Origin: Eledone cirrhosa
Lineage: Eukaryota
Reading direction: 5' to 3'
Assembly (NCBI GenBank): GCA_964016885.1
Contig: OZ024765.1
Span: 4,278,001 to 4,342,000, forward strand
DNA: 64,000 nt
Of this stretch, positions 26,484 through 42,469 are shown one piece after another. A program made the position numbers and the translations under genes. The first letter of the stretch is position 1. Each line of letters opens with the position of its first letter. The notes under the pieces are model-generated. The model saw only the letters and a program-made list of their open reading frames with translations, made no database searches and was not told where the DNA came from.

Positions 26484-27524
26484 GTGTGTGTATATATGTA
26501 TGTATATATATGCTTATATATAGATTTTATCTCTGATATTATTTAATTAATATCTCCCTCCCTCCCCTATCCACCGCACCAAAGAAACAACAACAAAAGA
26601 CAAAAGCAGAACCCAACACTACAGAATTATGGCAAGGTAAGGTCATTTTAATGTAAGAAAAGAAGGTCATTTTTTGGTAAATCCTGGCAGCAATGTTGGT
26701 TTTTTAATTTTGACATTTCTAAACCAATTTCTTGTTCATGTGAAAATAGATTATTACATCTTTCTCTTTCTTTCCCCTTCTTTTTGAAAAAATTGTTCCA
26801 ACAAACAAACTTTTTTTTACAGTTTGTAATATTCCAAGCAATGTTTCGAAGCCGAAATGCCAAAATTAATGAAAAAATAAAATAACATAAACAAATGAAA
26901 TAAAATAAAATAAAATAAAATAAAATAAAATAAAATAAAATAAAATAAAATAAAATAAAATAAATGAAATAAAATAAAAAAAATGAAATAAAATAGAAAA
27001 ATAAAATAAAATAAGAGTTGTAAATGTTTTTACAGGCAAAGTAAATAAATAAGTAAGTAAACAAATAAACCTCCCCCCGCCAGGAAAAAAAAAACGAAAC
27101 AAAACAACCCCCCCCCCTCTAAAAAAAAAAACAGGAAAAAATATATTTACACACCAAAAGCAAAACAAAAAAAAATTTTGTTTTGGAATTATTATTCGAA
27201 TGCTATGGTATAAACGAATCGTTAGTTGTGTTGGCAATTATTACCAAAAATACACCACCATTAGATGAAAATTAGAAATACAAAATATATAAACAAATTA
27301 ATAAATAAAATAAATAAAAATATATAAAAATAAAGATAAAGCTTTTAAAGAGTTACATTTGATGTTTCAATAATTCTAATGAATAATCAATAGATGATCA
27401 TATAACACATTGGCTTTGCTGACTGGAATCTTATGAGAGGTTGTGGTTCTTTGTGGCTGCTGCCTTTTATGACACTCATAATACGGTCACAGTTAGAAGG
27501 AATATCATTTATATAATATTTGGC

Positions 27525-28930
<1,406 letters not shown>

Positions 28931-29202
28931 TGAGAAGCCAGAATCAGTTCCCGTCCCACCCTTGCAAGCAGGGAAAAAGCGGACTTAAAATGAAATGATG
29001 ATGATGATGATGATGTGTGTGTGTGTGTTTATATATAATTCGATTTATTTATATATATATATGTCTCTCGCTCTCCCTCTCTCTCTATATATATATATGT
29101 CTCTCTCTCTTTATATATATATATATGTGTGTGTATGTGGAAGATGGACGTAAATCGATGATGATGATTATGATGATGATATATATATATATATAAAGAT
29201 AA

Positions 29203-29247
<45 letters not shown>

Positions 29248-29674
29248 ATGAAGCATAACATCACCAATATTGCTGGATTGAAATATTTTTACACTTTTGT
29301 ATATATGTATATATATTTATTTATATCATTAAATGGCTCTGCAAAGAAGGTTGTGTAATACATAAATAAAATCAGTGGAAATGATATCACAGAATATATA
29401 TATATGGTTGTGTGTGTGTATATATCATAAATAAATATAAATATTTATTGCAAAATTTCATCTAACCTACATTATAAATGGCATTTTATCTTCTGATGAA
29501 CAATATATATATTTATGTATTTGTATATATACACACACATATATGTATATATAAATAAATACATACATATATATATATTGGGTATATAAGGATATGACGA
29601 GTGGAATATTGGGACACATACACTTATATACCTATGCATGTTTATGCATATATATATATATATATATATATATA

Positions 29675-29880
29675 GGAAAAAGTTTGACCCCGACGGCAGA
29701 GCTCAAGCTGTTTCGACGGCTATTTCTGGACTGTTATTTCAGTCCAGAAATAGCCGTCGAAACGGCTTGAGCTCTGCCGTCGCGGTCAAACTTTTTCCTA
29801 TTACCCACTCTACTACCCTAAGTATTGAGTACTCTGGTGCGTTATGGTCCATCTGGTTCCTTACCACTTTTCCTTCGTTA
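29675..29880 (+). mobile_element. Fold-back family F2, copy 3 (longest apex)
   Basis: Arms plus apex ctggactgttatttcagtccag. GAAAC-GGC-loop-GCC-GTC hammerhead half at 29759-29781. Confidence 0.8.
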
Positions 29881-29899
29881 TATATATATATATATATAT

Positions 29900-30155
29900 A
29901 AAGAGGAGACTGAGGTTGGCTGGACATGCTCACCGACATCCAGAGTTGACATTGCACTCAGTGCTCCTTTGGGAGCCCCTACATGGACACACTAGAAGAG
30001 GAAGACCAAGGTTAACGTATGTTGATGCCCTAAGGACAGACACTGGTCTGTTGGAGATGCAGGACATGGCAGCGATAATGAGGGACAGAGACCGCTGGAG
30101 AGAACTCGTCCATGGATCTCGGGAATTTTACCCGCCTTAGATAGATAGATAGATA
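29900..30155 (+). mobile_element. RTE-like LINE 3' end with (AGAT)n tail
   Basis: RRLRLAGHAHRHPE...RGRPRLTYVDALRTDTG...DRDRWRELV, then tagatagat. Confidence 0.8.
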
Positions 30156-30239
30156 TATAATATAACCAAAGATTAATATGGTTCGTTGATTATTCAACGA
30201 ATATGTGTGTATATGTATATATATATATATATATAATTC

Positions 30240-30465
30240 GTGAAGGCATGTAGTTGAGTGGTTAGAGAATTGGATTCAGAATTACGAGGTTATGAGTTCG
30301 ATTCCAGAATCAGGCGATGTGTTATGTCCTTGAGCAAGACGCTTTATTTCACGTTGCTCCTTCTACCTGGAGTTGTGACCAATAGACAGTATTAGCAATT
30401 GGAAAGACCAATGGAAACATTGTTTCTTGGTTCGATTTGACAAAAGTCGATCGTTCTTTTCCTTT
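30240..30465 (+). mobile_element. CORE-type tRNA SINE, variant tail
   Basis: A/B boxes and ccttgagcaagac. Homologous to 35189-35406. Confidence 0.75.
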
Positions 30466-30477
30466 GTATATATATAT

Positions 30478-30668
30478 ATTGTTTCTACTTTTGACACAAG
30501 GCCAGCAATTATCCCAGTGTATTACTGGTACTTTATTTTATCGACCCCCTAAGGATGAAAGGCAAAGTTAACCTCGGCGGGATTTGAACTCAGACCATAA
30601 AGGGCCGTAACTCTTTGCTGCAAAGCATGGCGTCCGACCCTCTACCGATACTACCAATCCACCGCCAT
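30478..30668 (-). mobile_element. Meta-type tRNA SINE, full length
   Basis: Complete head and core, within TA tracts. Confidence 0.8.
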
Positions 30669-31091
30669 ATATATATATATGTATGTATATATATAATATA
30701 TATATATATATATATGTATACATATATATATATATATATGTATACATATATAAGCATATATATATGTATACATATATATATACATACATATGTATACATA
30801 TATATATACATACATATGTATACATATATATATACATATGTATATATATATGTGTATATGTATATATATATATATATGTATACATATATATACATGTATA
30901 CATATATACATATATATACATGTATATGTATATATATATTTATACACACATATACACACATATATATACATAAATACACACACACATACACATATATATA
31001 TACACACACATATACAGACACACATACACATATATATATACACACATATATACACACACACATACACATATACACACTCACACACACACAC

Positions 31092-31128
<37 letters not shown>

Positions 31129-31452
31129 CACTAAATACATTATAGAATGGAGTGTAGAAATATCATTTATTATTACATTGATCATCATTTAAGTGGTAGC
31201 CATTAGCAATCTGTTTATAACTTCTGTAATTATATTATACACAATATGTAGATTGTCTGTGACAAAACCTACATCATTTGACTAGCATCTCACCAGCTAC
31301 ATCACCATCTTATCTAATTTTCTGGCATACATACATACACACTAGGGGGGGGGTACAAGGCCAGCAATTACCCAGTGCAAAGTACCAGTAATGTACTGGG
31401 TATTTGCTGGCCTTGTGCCCAAAACAAAGTAGATACAAACACACACACAAAC

Positions 31453-31524
<72 letters not shown>

Positions 31525-31794
31525 GGAGGCACATGGCTTAGTGGTTAGAGCATTGGTCTTGCAATCGAAAGGTTGTGAGTATATACAAAATTTAGTATAG
31601 AAATGGCTTCTACAGGACAAGAACTGTTACATTCGAAGGAAATCATCAGGACCAGTCTCCTTCTCAACAAGGAAGATGAAAAAACTTACCCGAGACACAC
31701 ACACACACACACACACATATATATTCAAAGAAATTGAAAAAATAAAAAACACACGGTTTTAAAAAAGAAGCTGTTTGCATAATTGCAAACAAAT

Positions 31795-32395
31795 CGCCAC
31801 AAGGTGCTGTACGGTTTCACAATGTTTGACAAGGTGTGACAAGGTGCTGTAAGGTTTCACAAGGTGTGACAAGGTGCCACAAGGTGCTGTAAGGTTTCAC
31901 AAGGTGTGACAAGGTGCTGTAAGGTTTCAAAAGGTGTGACAAGGTGCTGTAAAGTTTCACAAGGTGTGACAAGGTGCTGTAAGGTTTCACAAGGTGTGAC
32001 AAGGTTCCACAAGGTGCTGTAAGGTTCCACAAGGTGTGACAAGGTGCTGTAAGGTTTCACAAGATGTGACAAGGTGCCACAAGGTGCTGTAAGGTTTCAC
32101 AAGGTGTGACAAGGTGCCACAAGGTGCTGTAAAGTATCACAAGGTGTGACAAGGTGCCACAAAGTGCTGTAAGGTTTCACAAGGTGTGACAAGGTGCCAC
32201 AAGGTGCTGTAAGGTTTCACAAGTTTCCACAAGGTGTGACAAGGTGCCAAAAGGTGCTGTAAGGTTTCACAAGTTTCCACAAGGTGTGACAATGTGCCAC
32301 AAGGTGCTGTAAGGTTTCATAAGTTTCCACAAGGTTTTACAAGGTGTCCCAATGTGCCACAAAGTATTATAACATTTCACAAGTTCCCACAAAGT
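31795..32395. repeat. Minisatellite built from 10-bp subunits (30-50-bp higher-order units)
   Basis: acaaggtgtg / acaaggtgcc / acaaggtgct / gtaaggtttc. Confidence 0.9.
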
Positions 32396-32741
32396 GTGAT
32401 CAAATATAAAACCCTGTAGCTACAAGAGCAAGGCCAACTTATTAACCACACAACCAAGCCAGACTACTGTAATGTGGCAACAGTAGTAACCAGGTACCAA
32501 TCAATAAGAAGATAGACTAATTATTTCAAAACGGAAAACAACTTCATGTTGAAACATAAACAAGATTAAGTTTCTCGTTAATGACATTAACTATATTAAC
32601 ATCAATTATTCATTTATTAATAAAGTAAAGTAGATTTCAGATAAGTTTCATCTAATTATTTAGCTTGAAACTTTCAAAATATTTCACAATCATCAGTCTG
32701 ATTAGAATTGCCAAAACTGTTACAATGTTGGTTTATATATA

Positions 32742-32911
32742 TACCATATTTCCCGGCGTCGAAGATGCTATGTATTTCCTAAAGTAAGTCTCAAAAATCT
32801 GCCATGCATCCAGGAGGCCGAAGGTTGTCTATTATTTTTTTTTTATTTTTGTTGTAAAAATTAGGGTGCATCCTCGAGGACGAAGTGTCTTCAGCGCCAG
32901 TAAATGTGATA
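32742..32911. mobile_element. pogo/Tigger-like MITE
   Basis: TA-flanked imperfect TIRs ccatatttcccggcgtcgaagatgc / gtgtcttcagcgccagtaaatgtga. Confidence 0.6.
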
Positions 32912-33220
32912 TCATCATCATCATCATTATCATCATTTTACGTCCGCTTTTCCCTGCTTGCAAGGGTGGGACGGGAACTGATTCTGGCTTGATTTCCACA
33001 GCTGGATGCCCTTCTTAACACCAACCTCATTTACAGTGAGTTATTCCGTGGCACCTACACGACCACTTTGCATCATCTCATTTCTACAGCTGAGTAAACT
33101 GGAGCAATGTGAAATAAAGTGTCTTGCTCAAGGAAACAACACATCACCCGGTCTGAGAATTGAACTCACAACCTATCAATTGCAAGGCCAATGCTCTAAC
33201 CACTAAGCCATGTGCCTCCA
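32912..33220 (-). mobile_element. CORE-type tRNA SINE with RTE tail, internally deleted
   Basis: Homologous to 61328-61658. Confidence 0.8.
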
Positions 33221-33537
33221 CATATATATATATGGAGGCACATATATATATATATATATAATCATCGTCATTATCATTTAACGTCCATTCTTCCATGCTA
33301 GCATGGGTCACATGAGATATTGTTTAAGGTAATCTAAGTAGCATCTTGTGAACAGTGATCTTTAGACACACTGGACTAATGAAACAATTGTAAATACTTT
33401 GAATAAACCCTATTGTACAGCCGACCACGTTATTCTTCACACCTTTACTATATATATATATATATATTTGCGAGCAGGGAAGAGCGGACGTAAAATGATG
33501 ATGATGATGATGATATATATATATATTTATATATACT

Positions 33538-33800
33538 TTGTTTTTTAATTTGTTTTGCGAGATTTCTTATCTGAAAACGTGTGTTGAAACAGATATTGTT
33601 ATACTTTGGGAGGGTCATGTTGCCAATAAAAACACACGCACATGTGGTTGGTTGGTTGGTTGGTTGTTTTGATAACCGGATGGTTGTTTACATATTGTCA
33701 AAGCTCTTTCTTCACACATTCTGTGACCTCCTCAGTGACTGGGTATTTATTGTGTGTCTCTCCTTTGTTCTGTCCTACACCATCTTCAGAAGTATAACAA
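33538..33800 (-). mobile_element. Family F5 partial copy
   Basis: Homologous to 8407-8660; retains the CTGAGGA...GAAA motif. Confidence 0.7.
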
Positions 33801-33810
33801 TATATATATA

Positions 33811-34020
33811 TATTTATTAAAATAACAGATTAAGGTTTAAGCAAAGAGTCGCTGCTTTCACCCTTCAGAAGATCCCGTTAAGGGTGAAAGCAGCGATTCT
33901 TTGCTTAAACTTTAATCTGTTATTTTAATAAATATTTGCTCTACGGTTCTTATATATTTGATATATATTTATCCTTATCGAGCCCTCTTTGGATTTTAGT
34001 CTTCAAATTTATTATTATTA
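33811..34020 (+). mobile_element. Fold-back family F3 (hairpin plus tail)
   Basis: 55-bp arms tatttattaaaataacag...ctgttattttaataaata; hammerhead-like cagaaga-tccc/ggg-t-gaaa at the apex; tail runs to (TTA)n. Confidence 0.8.
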
Positions 34021-35008
34021 CAATTATTATTATATATATATATATATGTGCGTGTGTATGTGTGTTTATACTTATGTATCTATATGTATTTTGTCTGAAC
34101 TCCCTTATGGTTGAGTAAAAATTAGGTTGATATTGACTGCTTCTTCTAGCAAATATATTATTTGCCAATCACCCACCCTTTACCACCCTTCTGTGACTGT
34201 TATGCCATGTGATAATTCTCCCCCCAGCCCCTGAGAATTTTTCACTGGTGGCGGTCAGTTCAGGAATTCGTCCTTTTATTGAGGGCACTCTTGACAAGCC
34301 GACAAGCTCACAACCCCTGTGCCCTTTAGTTGCACCCTGGTTGCATACCAGTCGGCGAAACTGTACAGTCAGGACTTTGAAGAAAAAAGTAGGTATCTTT
34401 TGTCGACTTACACTTCACATTGATAATTGTTATATACATCATCATCATCATCATCATCATCGTTTAATGTCCCTGGGCTAGACGGTTTTGTTCCATTATG
34501 CGGGATTGGTCAGGAGACCGTGTTGTAATCATATGGAACTGTTTCTGGCAGGTTTTCTATGGTTGGACGCCCTTCCTAACACCATATATTTAGAAATGAA
34601 AAAAAAAAGCCTTAGAAAACCAGGTAAAGGTAACCCTAAAGACTGAAAAAGTGGCCAGCAGCTGCTATAGTGAATTGAACATTGCACCTCTTGAATTCCA
34701 GCTGACCGTTCTGTAACCGCTCTAAGCAAGAGTTGTTGGAGTATATTTGATAATTTAACAATTTGTCCATTGTTTTACCTTCCAGATTAAATAATGAAAA
34801 TGTGACAGCCAAAACAACAATAAAGATAACATATATAAGTAAATAAATAAATTGAGAAGATTATTTTGAAGGAAATGTTTTGTAAAGTGATATTGTGTAT
34901 ACTATCTGAATAATTCATAACCTTAATAATTTATCTGATTTTTGTTATAATATATTGGTTTGGTGTATATCATCATATATATATATTTATATTTATACTA
35001 TATATATA

Positions 35009-35043
<35 letters not shown>

Positions 35044-35188
35044 TTATACTACATATATCATATATAATATATTGGAATATATATATTTATACACACACAC
35101 ACATGTACAGACACAAACACACAAATATATACATATATATATAATTATAAATATATACATATATATACTATATATATATACATAATAT

Positions 35189-35406
35189 TGTGAAGGCTCG
35201 TGGCTGATTGGTTAGAGAATTGGATTCACAATCGTGAGGTTGTGAGTTCAATTCCTGGACCGGGCGATACATTATGTCCTTGAGCAAGACACTTTATTTC
35301 ACGTTGCTCCTTCTACCTGGAGTTGCGACCGATAGATAGTATTAACATTGGAAAGACCAACGGAAACATTCTTTCCTCGGTCCGATTTGATGAAAGTGGA
35401 TCGACT
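35189..35406 (+). mobile_element. CORE-type tRNA SINE, variant tail
   Basis: Homologous to 30240-30465. Confidence 0.75.
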
Positions 35407-35629
35407 ATATATATATATATATACATATTTCATCACCATCATCACCATTTTACGTCCGTTCTTCCATGCTAGCATGGGTTAGACGGTAAAAAGCGAAGTT
35501 GGCCTGCCGTATATATATATATATGTATATAAGGTCTATGTAAATCTATAATGTATATATGGACATAGTCCTTATATACTGGGTGTTTCAAAACATTTGA
35601 TATATTGAGATATATACATTTTTTTTTTC

Positions 35630-36059
35630 ATGTGGTCTACCCTTGGTGGTAGGGTCAGTAGATAGAACTCAATGTAATCTGGGGCTCAGTAATCCAGTGA
35701 AATCCATAGAAAGGTTCCGCTGAGTTAATTCCTTAGATACAGAGTCAGATATTAGGTATTAATTTAACAATGAAAATAATTGTTTCTACGTTAGGCACAA
35801 GGCCAGCAATTACCCCAGTGCATTACTGGTACTTTATTTTATCGACCCCCGTAAGGATGAAAGGCAAAGTTAACCTCGGCGGGATTTGAACTCAGAACGG
35901 CAAGGGGCGTAACTCTATGCGTCAAAGCATTGTGTCCGACCCTCTACCAATACTGCCAATCCACTGCCCCTTTAACAATGAAAATAATAACAACAAAGTT
36001 GATATGAATAGGTAAAATAACTTGACTTTGTTGTTATTATTTTCATTGTTAAATTAATA
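35630..36059 (-). mobile_element. Fold-back family F4, interrupted by a SINE
   Basis: Arms tattaatttaacaatgaaaataataacaacaaagt / actttgttgttattattttcattgttaaattaata once the SINE is removed; tail at 35630-35756. Confidence 0.6.
35781..35970 (-). mobile_element. Meta-type SINE with 18-bp target site duplication
   Basis: TSD tttaacaatgaaaataat at 35763-35780 and 35971-35988. Confidence 0.85.
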
Positions 36060-36062
36060 GCA

Positions 36063-36106
<44 letters not shown>

Positions 36107-36284
36107 AATATATATATATATACACCAATGAAGGCTGGAAAATCACTGATGAAGGACGAATATTATTCATATGTAACCCATTTGCAACCACGCCATTTTG
36201 TCCTATATTTATATTTATTTTTATATATATATACCCATGCTAGCGTGGAAAATAGACGTTAAACGAAGATGATGATGATGATGT

Positions 36285-36325
<41 letters not shown>

Positions 36326-36327
<2 letters not shown>

Positions 36328-36740
36328 CATTGGGCTTGCAATCGAAAGGTCATGGGTTCAATTCTCAGACCAGGTGATGTGTTGTTTCCTTGAGCAAGAC
36401 ACTTTATTTCACATTGTTCCAGTTTACTCAGCTGTAGAAATGGTCGTGGAGGTGCCACGGCAAAAAAGCACACAGCACTCACTGTAAAGTGGTCGTAGAG
36501 GTGCCACGGCAAAAAAGCACCCAGCACTCACTGTAAAGTAGTCGTGGAGGTGCCACGGCAAAAAAGCACCCAACACTCACTGTAAAGTGGTCGTGGAGGT
36601 GCCACGGCAAAAAAGCACCCAGCACTCACTGTAAATGAGGTTGGTGTTAGGAAGGGCATCCAGCTGTAGAGATCAAGCCAGAATCAGTTCCCGTCTCACC
36701 CTTGCAAGCAGGGAAAAGTAGACGTAAAATGATGATAATG
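36326..36740 (+). mobile_element. CORE-type SINE with an internal ~49-bp unit repeated 4 times
   Basis: gtggtcgtggaggtgccacggcaaaaaagcacccagcactcactgtaaa repeated. Confidence 0.85.
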
Positions 36741-36809
36741 ATATATATATATCAAATTACAAAATATGAGGAAATAATAGACAAAAATATACCTATTTTT
36801 TCTATGATA

Positions 36810-37375
36810 TATCATCATCATCATCATCAACGTTTAACGTCCGTGTTCCACGCTTGCATGGGTTTGGACGGGGGTAGTCCCACTTGAGGCAAGAGTGATT
36901 GTCTTGCTCGCATAGGACTGTCTGGCAGGTTTTCTACAGTTGGATGCCCTTCCTAACACCAACCACATTTACAGTGTGGGTCTGGGAGGTTTTTACCGTG
37001 TTGCCTACACGGCCACATTACAGCGTGGACTGTGTGTGTTTTTGTCGTGACACCTACACGATCTCATTTGTTTCGGCCTGGATGGTGTGGCACCAACATA
37101 ACTTTACATAGAACGGGGTGGTGTGGATGAGGTAGGGGTGGTGGTGGTGGGACGGGGGTGTATTTTGTTAGAGATGCCTACTGGCTGTAGTAGGTTTTAC
37201 TATGTATTTAGGTAAGGCGGGTTTTCTCTGTTACTGAGTACCGCCAAAGGTCTCGGTCCAGTGACATTGTCTTGGAGAGGTGTAAGTGTGTGAGGTCGGA
37301 GTTTATCAGCTCGTCCCAGGTTTTTCTAGGTCTGCCTATTCCGTGGCTACCGTCTATCTTTATTGCCCTGCACTT
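36810..37375 (-). mobile_element. RTE-type 3' end, related subfamily
   Basis: (CAT)n tail and ggatgcccttcctaacacc, extending into unique sequence; right boundary approximate. Confidence 0.55.
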
Positions 37376-38239
37376 TGTTATACATATATATATATATATA
37401 TATATGAAAAGTACATTTGTTTTGAAACAGTGAGCAAGTTGGAAATAGAAAATAGAGGTGAAAAAGATGAGTATTGATGTATGTCAACACTCATCTTTTT
37501 CCATTTTTTAGAGGGTTTTAAACCCCACTATCAGGCTAAAATTTCTTTAGTCAAAAATGTAGCGAAAGCCTCTAATTTCTCTATATATATATCTATATAT
37601 ATAAAACATATTTACAAGGTCTATGTTTATATATATAATATATATTTTCAGGGTCCACACACACACACACATTCTCTTATATATAAATATATAAGTTGTA
37701 TGTTTATTTATGAACTAGATTTATAAAGTCTATATTTATTTATAATTTATATTTATTAGACCGATATTAATATATAATTTATATCTATAGGGTCTCTTTG
37801 TTGATATAATAAATTATACCTGATCTCTAAAAATCGATTATAGCCAATAATAATAATGATTTCTTTATTTTTTTTTTTTAATTTTTTTTTTTATTATTCT
37901 AATAACAATAAGAACAATGGTAATCATAATGATAAAAAAGAAACAAAATTATAATAATAATTTTTTCTACTTTAGGCACAAGGCCAGCAAATACCCAGTG
38001 TATTACTGGTACTTTAAAATGAAATGATGATGATACACAAATATATATATATATGTTCCTAAAAATTCAACATGATATTAGAGAAGACTGCAACTTGAAG
38101 GAATTTATGCCAAAGTTGAAACGGAACGGTTGAAGAATCAAGCATGTTGGGTGTTCAGATCTTTTAAATTATTCTTCAGAGAACACACTCAACTTTCTGG
38201 CTGAGAAGACACAAAAACAAACCAATAAATTATATATAT

Positions 38240-38319
<80 letters not shown>

Positions 38320-38412
38320 GTATGTATATAAATATATATATATATACACATACATAAATATATATATGTATGTATATAAATATATATATATACACATACA
38401 TAAATAAATGTG

Positions 38413-38447
<35 letters not shown>

Positions 38448-38521
38448 TTAAGTATGTGTATATATATACATTTATTTATGTCTGAGTATATATATATATA
38501 TATATACTCATACATAAATAA

Positions 38522-38552
<31 letters not shown>

Positions 38553-38663
38553 TACATAAATAAATGTATATATATACACATACTTAAATATATATATATA
38601 TACATATATATGTGCATGTATATAAATATATATATAAATATATATATAAATATAAATTTATAA

Positions 38664-38740
<77 letters not shown>

Positions 38741-38977
38741 AGCACATATATAAATATATACACATATATGTATATATATATATATAAAATGAATTGCATG
38801 TGCTTCCACTTCTAAACTTGTATGCAAGGAAATAAGCTAATTTCTAAACACAGCTTGGTAGTTGAAAAAAAATCTATATATTGTAGTGTTTATACATATA
38901 TACACACACAAATATATATGTATATATTTATTTATACACATGCACACACATATACATACACATATATATAGATATAT

Positions 38978-39044
<67 letters not shown>

Positions 39045-39049
39045 TTATA

Positions 39050-39365
39050 TGGAGGCACATGGCTTAGTGGTTAGAGCATTGGCCTTGTCAGTTCAATTCT
39101 CAGATGTGATGTGTTGTTTCCTTGAGCAAGACACTTTATTTCACATTGCTCCTGTTTACTCAGCTGTAGAAATGAGATGATAGGGACTGGGGTCCCTATC
39201 ATTCCACTGCAAAGTGGTCGTGGAGGTGCAAAAAAGCACCCAGCACTCACTGTAAATGAGGTTGGTGTGAGGAAGAGCATCCAGCTGTAGAAATCAAGCC
39301 AGAATCAGTTCCCGTCCCACCCTTGCAAGCAGGGAAAAAGCGGACGTAAAATGAAATGATGATGA
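39050..39365 (+). mobile_element. CORE-type tRNA SINE with RTE tail
   Basis: Homologous to 61328-61658. Confidence 0.85.
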
Positions 39366-39773
39366 TATATATATAAACTGCACTATAATCATATAGTGTA
39401 GAATAAGAAAACATATAGAAAGTGTATATTTCAATATTTTAACTGCATGCTACTAATTATCAGACCTGTAGCATTAATTAACGTTAATCCTCTGTCAGAA
39501 TTGATTTATCTCTCATGATGACATGCCAAGATTAGAAGGAAAAAAAAAAAAAAAAATAATAATGATTTCATTTATTAGCCACAAGGGCCAAAGCTCATAA
39601 TTATATAGAATTATTTAACATGGCATGATTATCTGGCATGGTATATATCTTTAGATCTTTTAAAATCCTTGCCAGAGCTCATCTAATATATATATTTAAC
39701 CAGTCTACCACTGAGAATGTAGAGATGTTTGCATGTAACGCTAGGGAACTTGCAGATAGGTTAAGACTTTGGA

Positions 39774-40405
39774 TTAACCCATTTCTTATCATATTTTTAA
39801 CAAAAGACACTGCCTATGTCTTTAACCCTTTCATTGCCATATTTCTAATGAAAGACACTGTCTATATCTTTAACCCTTTCATTACCATATTTCTAATGAA
39901 AGACACTGTCTATGTCTTTAACCCTTTCATTACCATATTTCTAATGAAAGACACTGCCTATGTCTTTAACCCTTTCATTACCATATTTCTAATGAAAGAC
40001 ACTGTCTCTATCTTTAACCCTTTCATTACCATATTTCTAATGAAAGACACTGTCTATGTCTTTAACCCTTTCATTACCATATTTCTAATGAAAGACACTG
40101 CCTATGTCTTTAACCCTTTCATTACCATATTTCTAATGAAAGACACTGTCTCTATCTTTAACCCTTTCATTACCATATTTCTAATGAAAGACACTGTCTA
40201 TGTCTTTAACCCTTTCATTACCATATTTCTAATGAAAGACACTGTCTATGTCTTTAACCCTTTCATTGCCATATTTCTAATGAAATACACTACCTATGAC
40301 TTTAACCCTTTCATTACCATATTTCTAATGAAAGACACTACTTATGTCTAACTCCTTCCATTATTCTTTATGTTTGACCCATTGTTTGACCCTTTCATTA
40401 CCATT
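39774..40405. repeat. 48-bp minisatellite (~12 copies) starting with a TTAACCC MITE-like terminus
   Basis: Unit tttaaccctttcattaccatatttctaatgaaagacactgtctatgtc. Confidence 0.9.
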
Positions 40406-41074
40406 AATGAAAGCCTAGGGTTTTCAAATTGTTTTGGAAATAATCAAGAATTTGGAAGGATAAAGTAATATAACTAACTTTCCCATTATTAAGATGGTGT
40501 TTGGAACATAACTTAACAAAGGTTCTTACACACAATTATGATGGAAGGATTTTAGATAAATATATACACTTCAATCCTTTTGTTATATTTTTTACTGCTT
40601 TCAGTCATTAGACTTTGGCCCTGCTGGGGCACTGCCATAATCTACTCCATGATATTGATTTTAGTATTTATATAAATCTCAATCATGTTTTTGTCAAATC
40701 AGACACACACATATACATAAACACACACACACACATAAACACAGACAAACACATATACATAAACACATACATACACACACATAAACAGACACAGACATAT
40801 ATATAAACACACACATAAACACAAACACACAGACACACATAAACACAGACACACACACAAATACAGACACACACATAAACACAGACACACACAAACACAA
40901 ACACACAAATAAACACACACACACATAAACACAGACATATACACACATAAACAGGTAGGGAAAACGTTCATTTGTAGTTGATGTTCAGGTAAAATTGAAA
41001 GTAGAGGTGTCAGTGATAGACACACGTTTCAAATGCAGGTAAGATCTATAGAGGTGGTTGATAGCTTCCGATAC

Positions 41075-41575
41075 ATCATCATCATCATTTTACGTCCGCT
41101 TTTCCTTGCTTGCAAGGGTGGGACGGGTCTTATTCAGCACAGCATCTCTCCACTTGTCACGGTCCTTCGTCATCTCCACCGTGAGCTTCAGCGATCTGAA
41201 GTCTGTTCTCACCACCTCCGCCCATGTTTTCCGTGGTCTACCTCTACCACGTCTTCCTTCAACTGGCATTTCCTGGCACTTCTTCACACATCGGTCATCC
41301 TCCATGCGCATCACATGTCCATACCACCGCAGTCTCCTCTCTCGCACACTACATTCTATCCCTCTCAGACACAGTTTCTCTCTCAACACATCCATGCTGG
41401 GTCGTTCACGCACATTGACACTGCACATCCAATGGAGCATGCTTGCCTCATTTCTCTCCAGACGTCGCATATCCTCTGCAGTTGCTGCCCATGTCTCACT
41501 ACCATGCAGCATCGCGTTCCTCACACAGGCATCATATAACCGGCCTTTCGTACGCAGGGAGAAACCCTTCTGCGT
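41075..41575 (-). mobile_element. RTE LINE family B, 3' fragment
   Basis: KGFSLRTKGRLYDACVRNAMLHGSETW...RRLRWYGHVMRM; end cccttgcaagcaaggaaaagcggacgtaaaa(tga)n. Confidence 0.9.
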
Positions 41576-42016
41576 CATATACCTTCCGATACCTGTAATG
41601 AATTTAATGAATTTAACGTATGTAACATAATTCTGGCAAATTCCACTCTCAAGTCCATGGTCAAGCTGCCTTAGAAACATTTCTTCAAAGTTACCATATA
41701 ATTATCCATATCATTTGTACATTTGTACATATAAGTTGAGCATTTATGTAATTAGATTCTAGAAATATTTCAGTATATCCTAGAAATAGATTATTTAAAG
41801 ATTGTTAACATCTTTAATGACTTTCGTATGTCATTAATCATTATAAATTATTAGGTTTCTCTTATGTAAACTAGAAATTTGTCATATCACATATTTCAGA
41901 GGTTCTATGGTTGTTCAATATATATCCAGTAATCTTGATATATATAACATCAATCCTGGCCTCTAAAAATTATATACATATATATATATACATATATATA
42001 TATAATAATAATAATA

Positions 42017-42128
42017 ATAATTGTTTCTACTTTTGGCACAAGGCCAGCAAATTACCCAGTACATTACTGGTACTTTATTTTATCGACCCTGTAAGGATGA
42101 AAGAAAAAAAGTTAACCTGGGCGGGATT
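42017..42128 (-). mobile_element. Meta-type SINE fragment within a local duplication
   Basis: Flanked by two copies of tcaatcctggcctctaaa (41950 and 42131). Confidence 0.7.
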
Positions 42129-42469
42129 AATCAATCCTGGCCTCTAAAGATTATATACATATATATATATATACATATATCATCATCACCGTTTTACGTC
42201 CGTTCTTCCACGCTAGCATGGGTTAGACGGGTTGTCCTGTTGTGGGCAGTGTCTGGTCGGCTGACCATGCCTTGCTCATACAGGAACTGATCTGGCTTGA
42301 TTTCTACAGCTGGATGCCCTTCCTAACACCAACCTCATTTACAGTGAGTGCTGGGTGCTTTTTCGTGGCGCCTACACGTCCACTTTACAGTGTGGGCTGG
42401 GTGCTTTTTTGCCGTGGCACCTCCACGACCACCTTGCGGTGGGGGGGGGGGGCATATTGTTTATATGCT

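Noticed and set aside
33866-33879. Parvovirus-like flip/flop loop inversion between F3 copies
   Set aside because: More simply explained by variable truncation of sense and inverted arms; the apparent loop is single-copy element sequence.
39638-40351. 237-aa ORF with 16-aa repeats
   Set aside because: It is a by-product of a 48-bp minisatellite whose period is a multiple of three.
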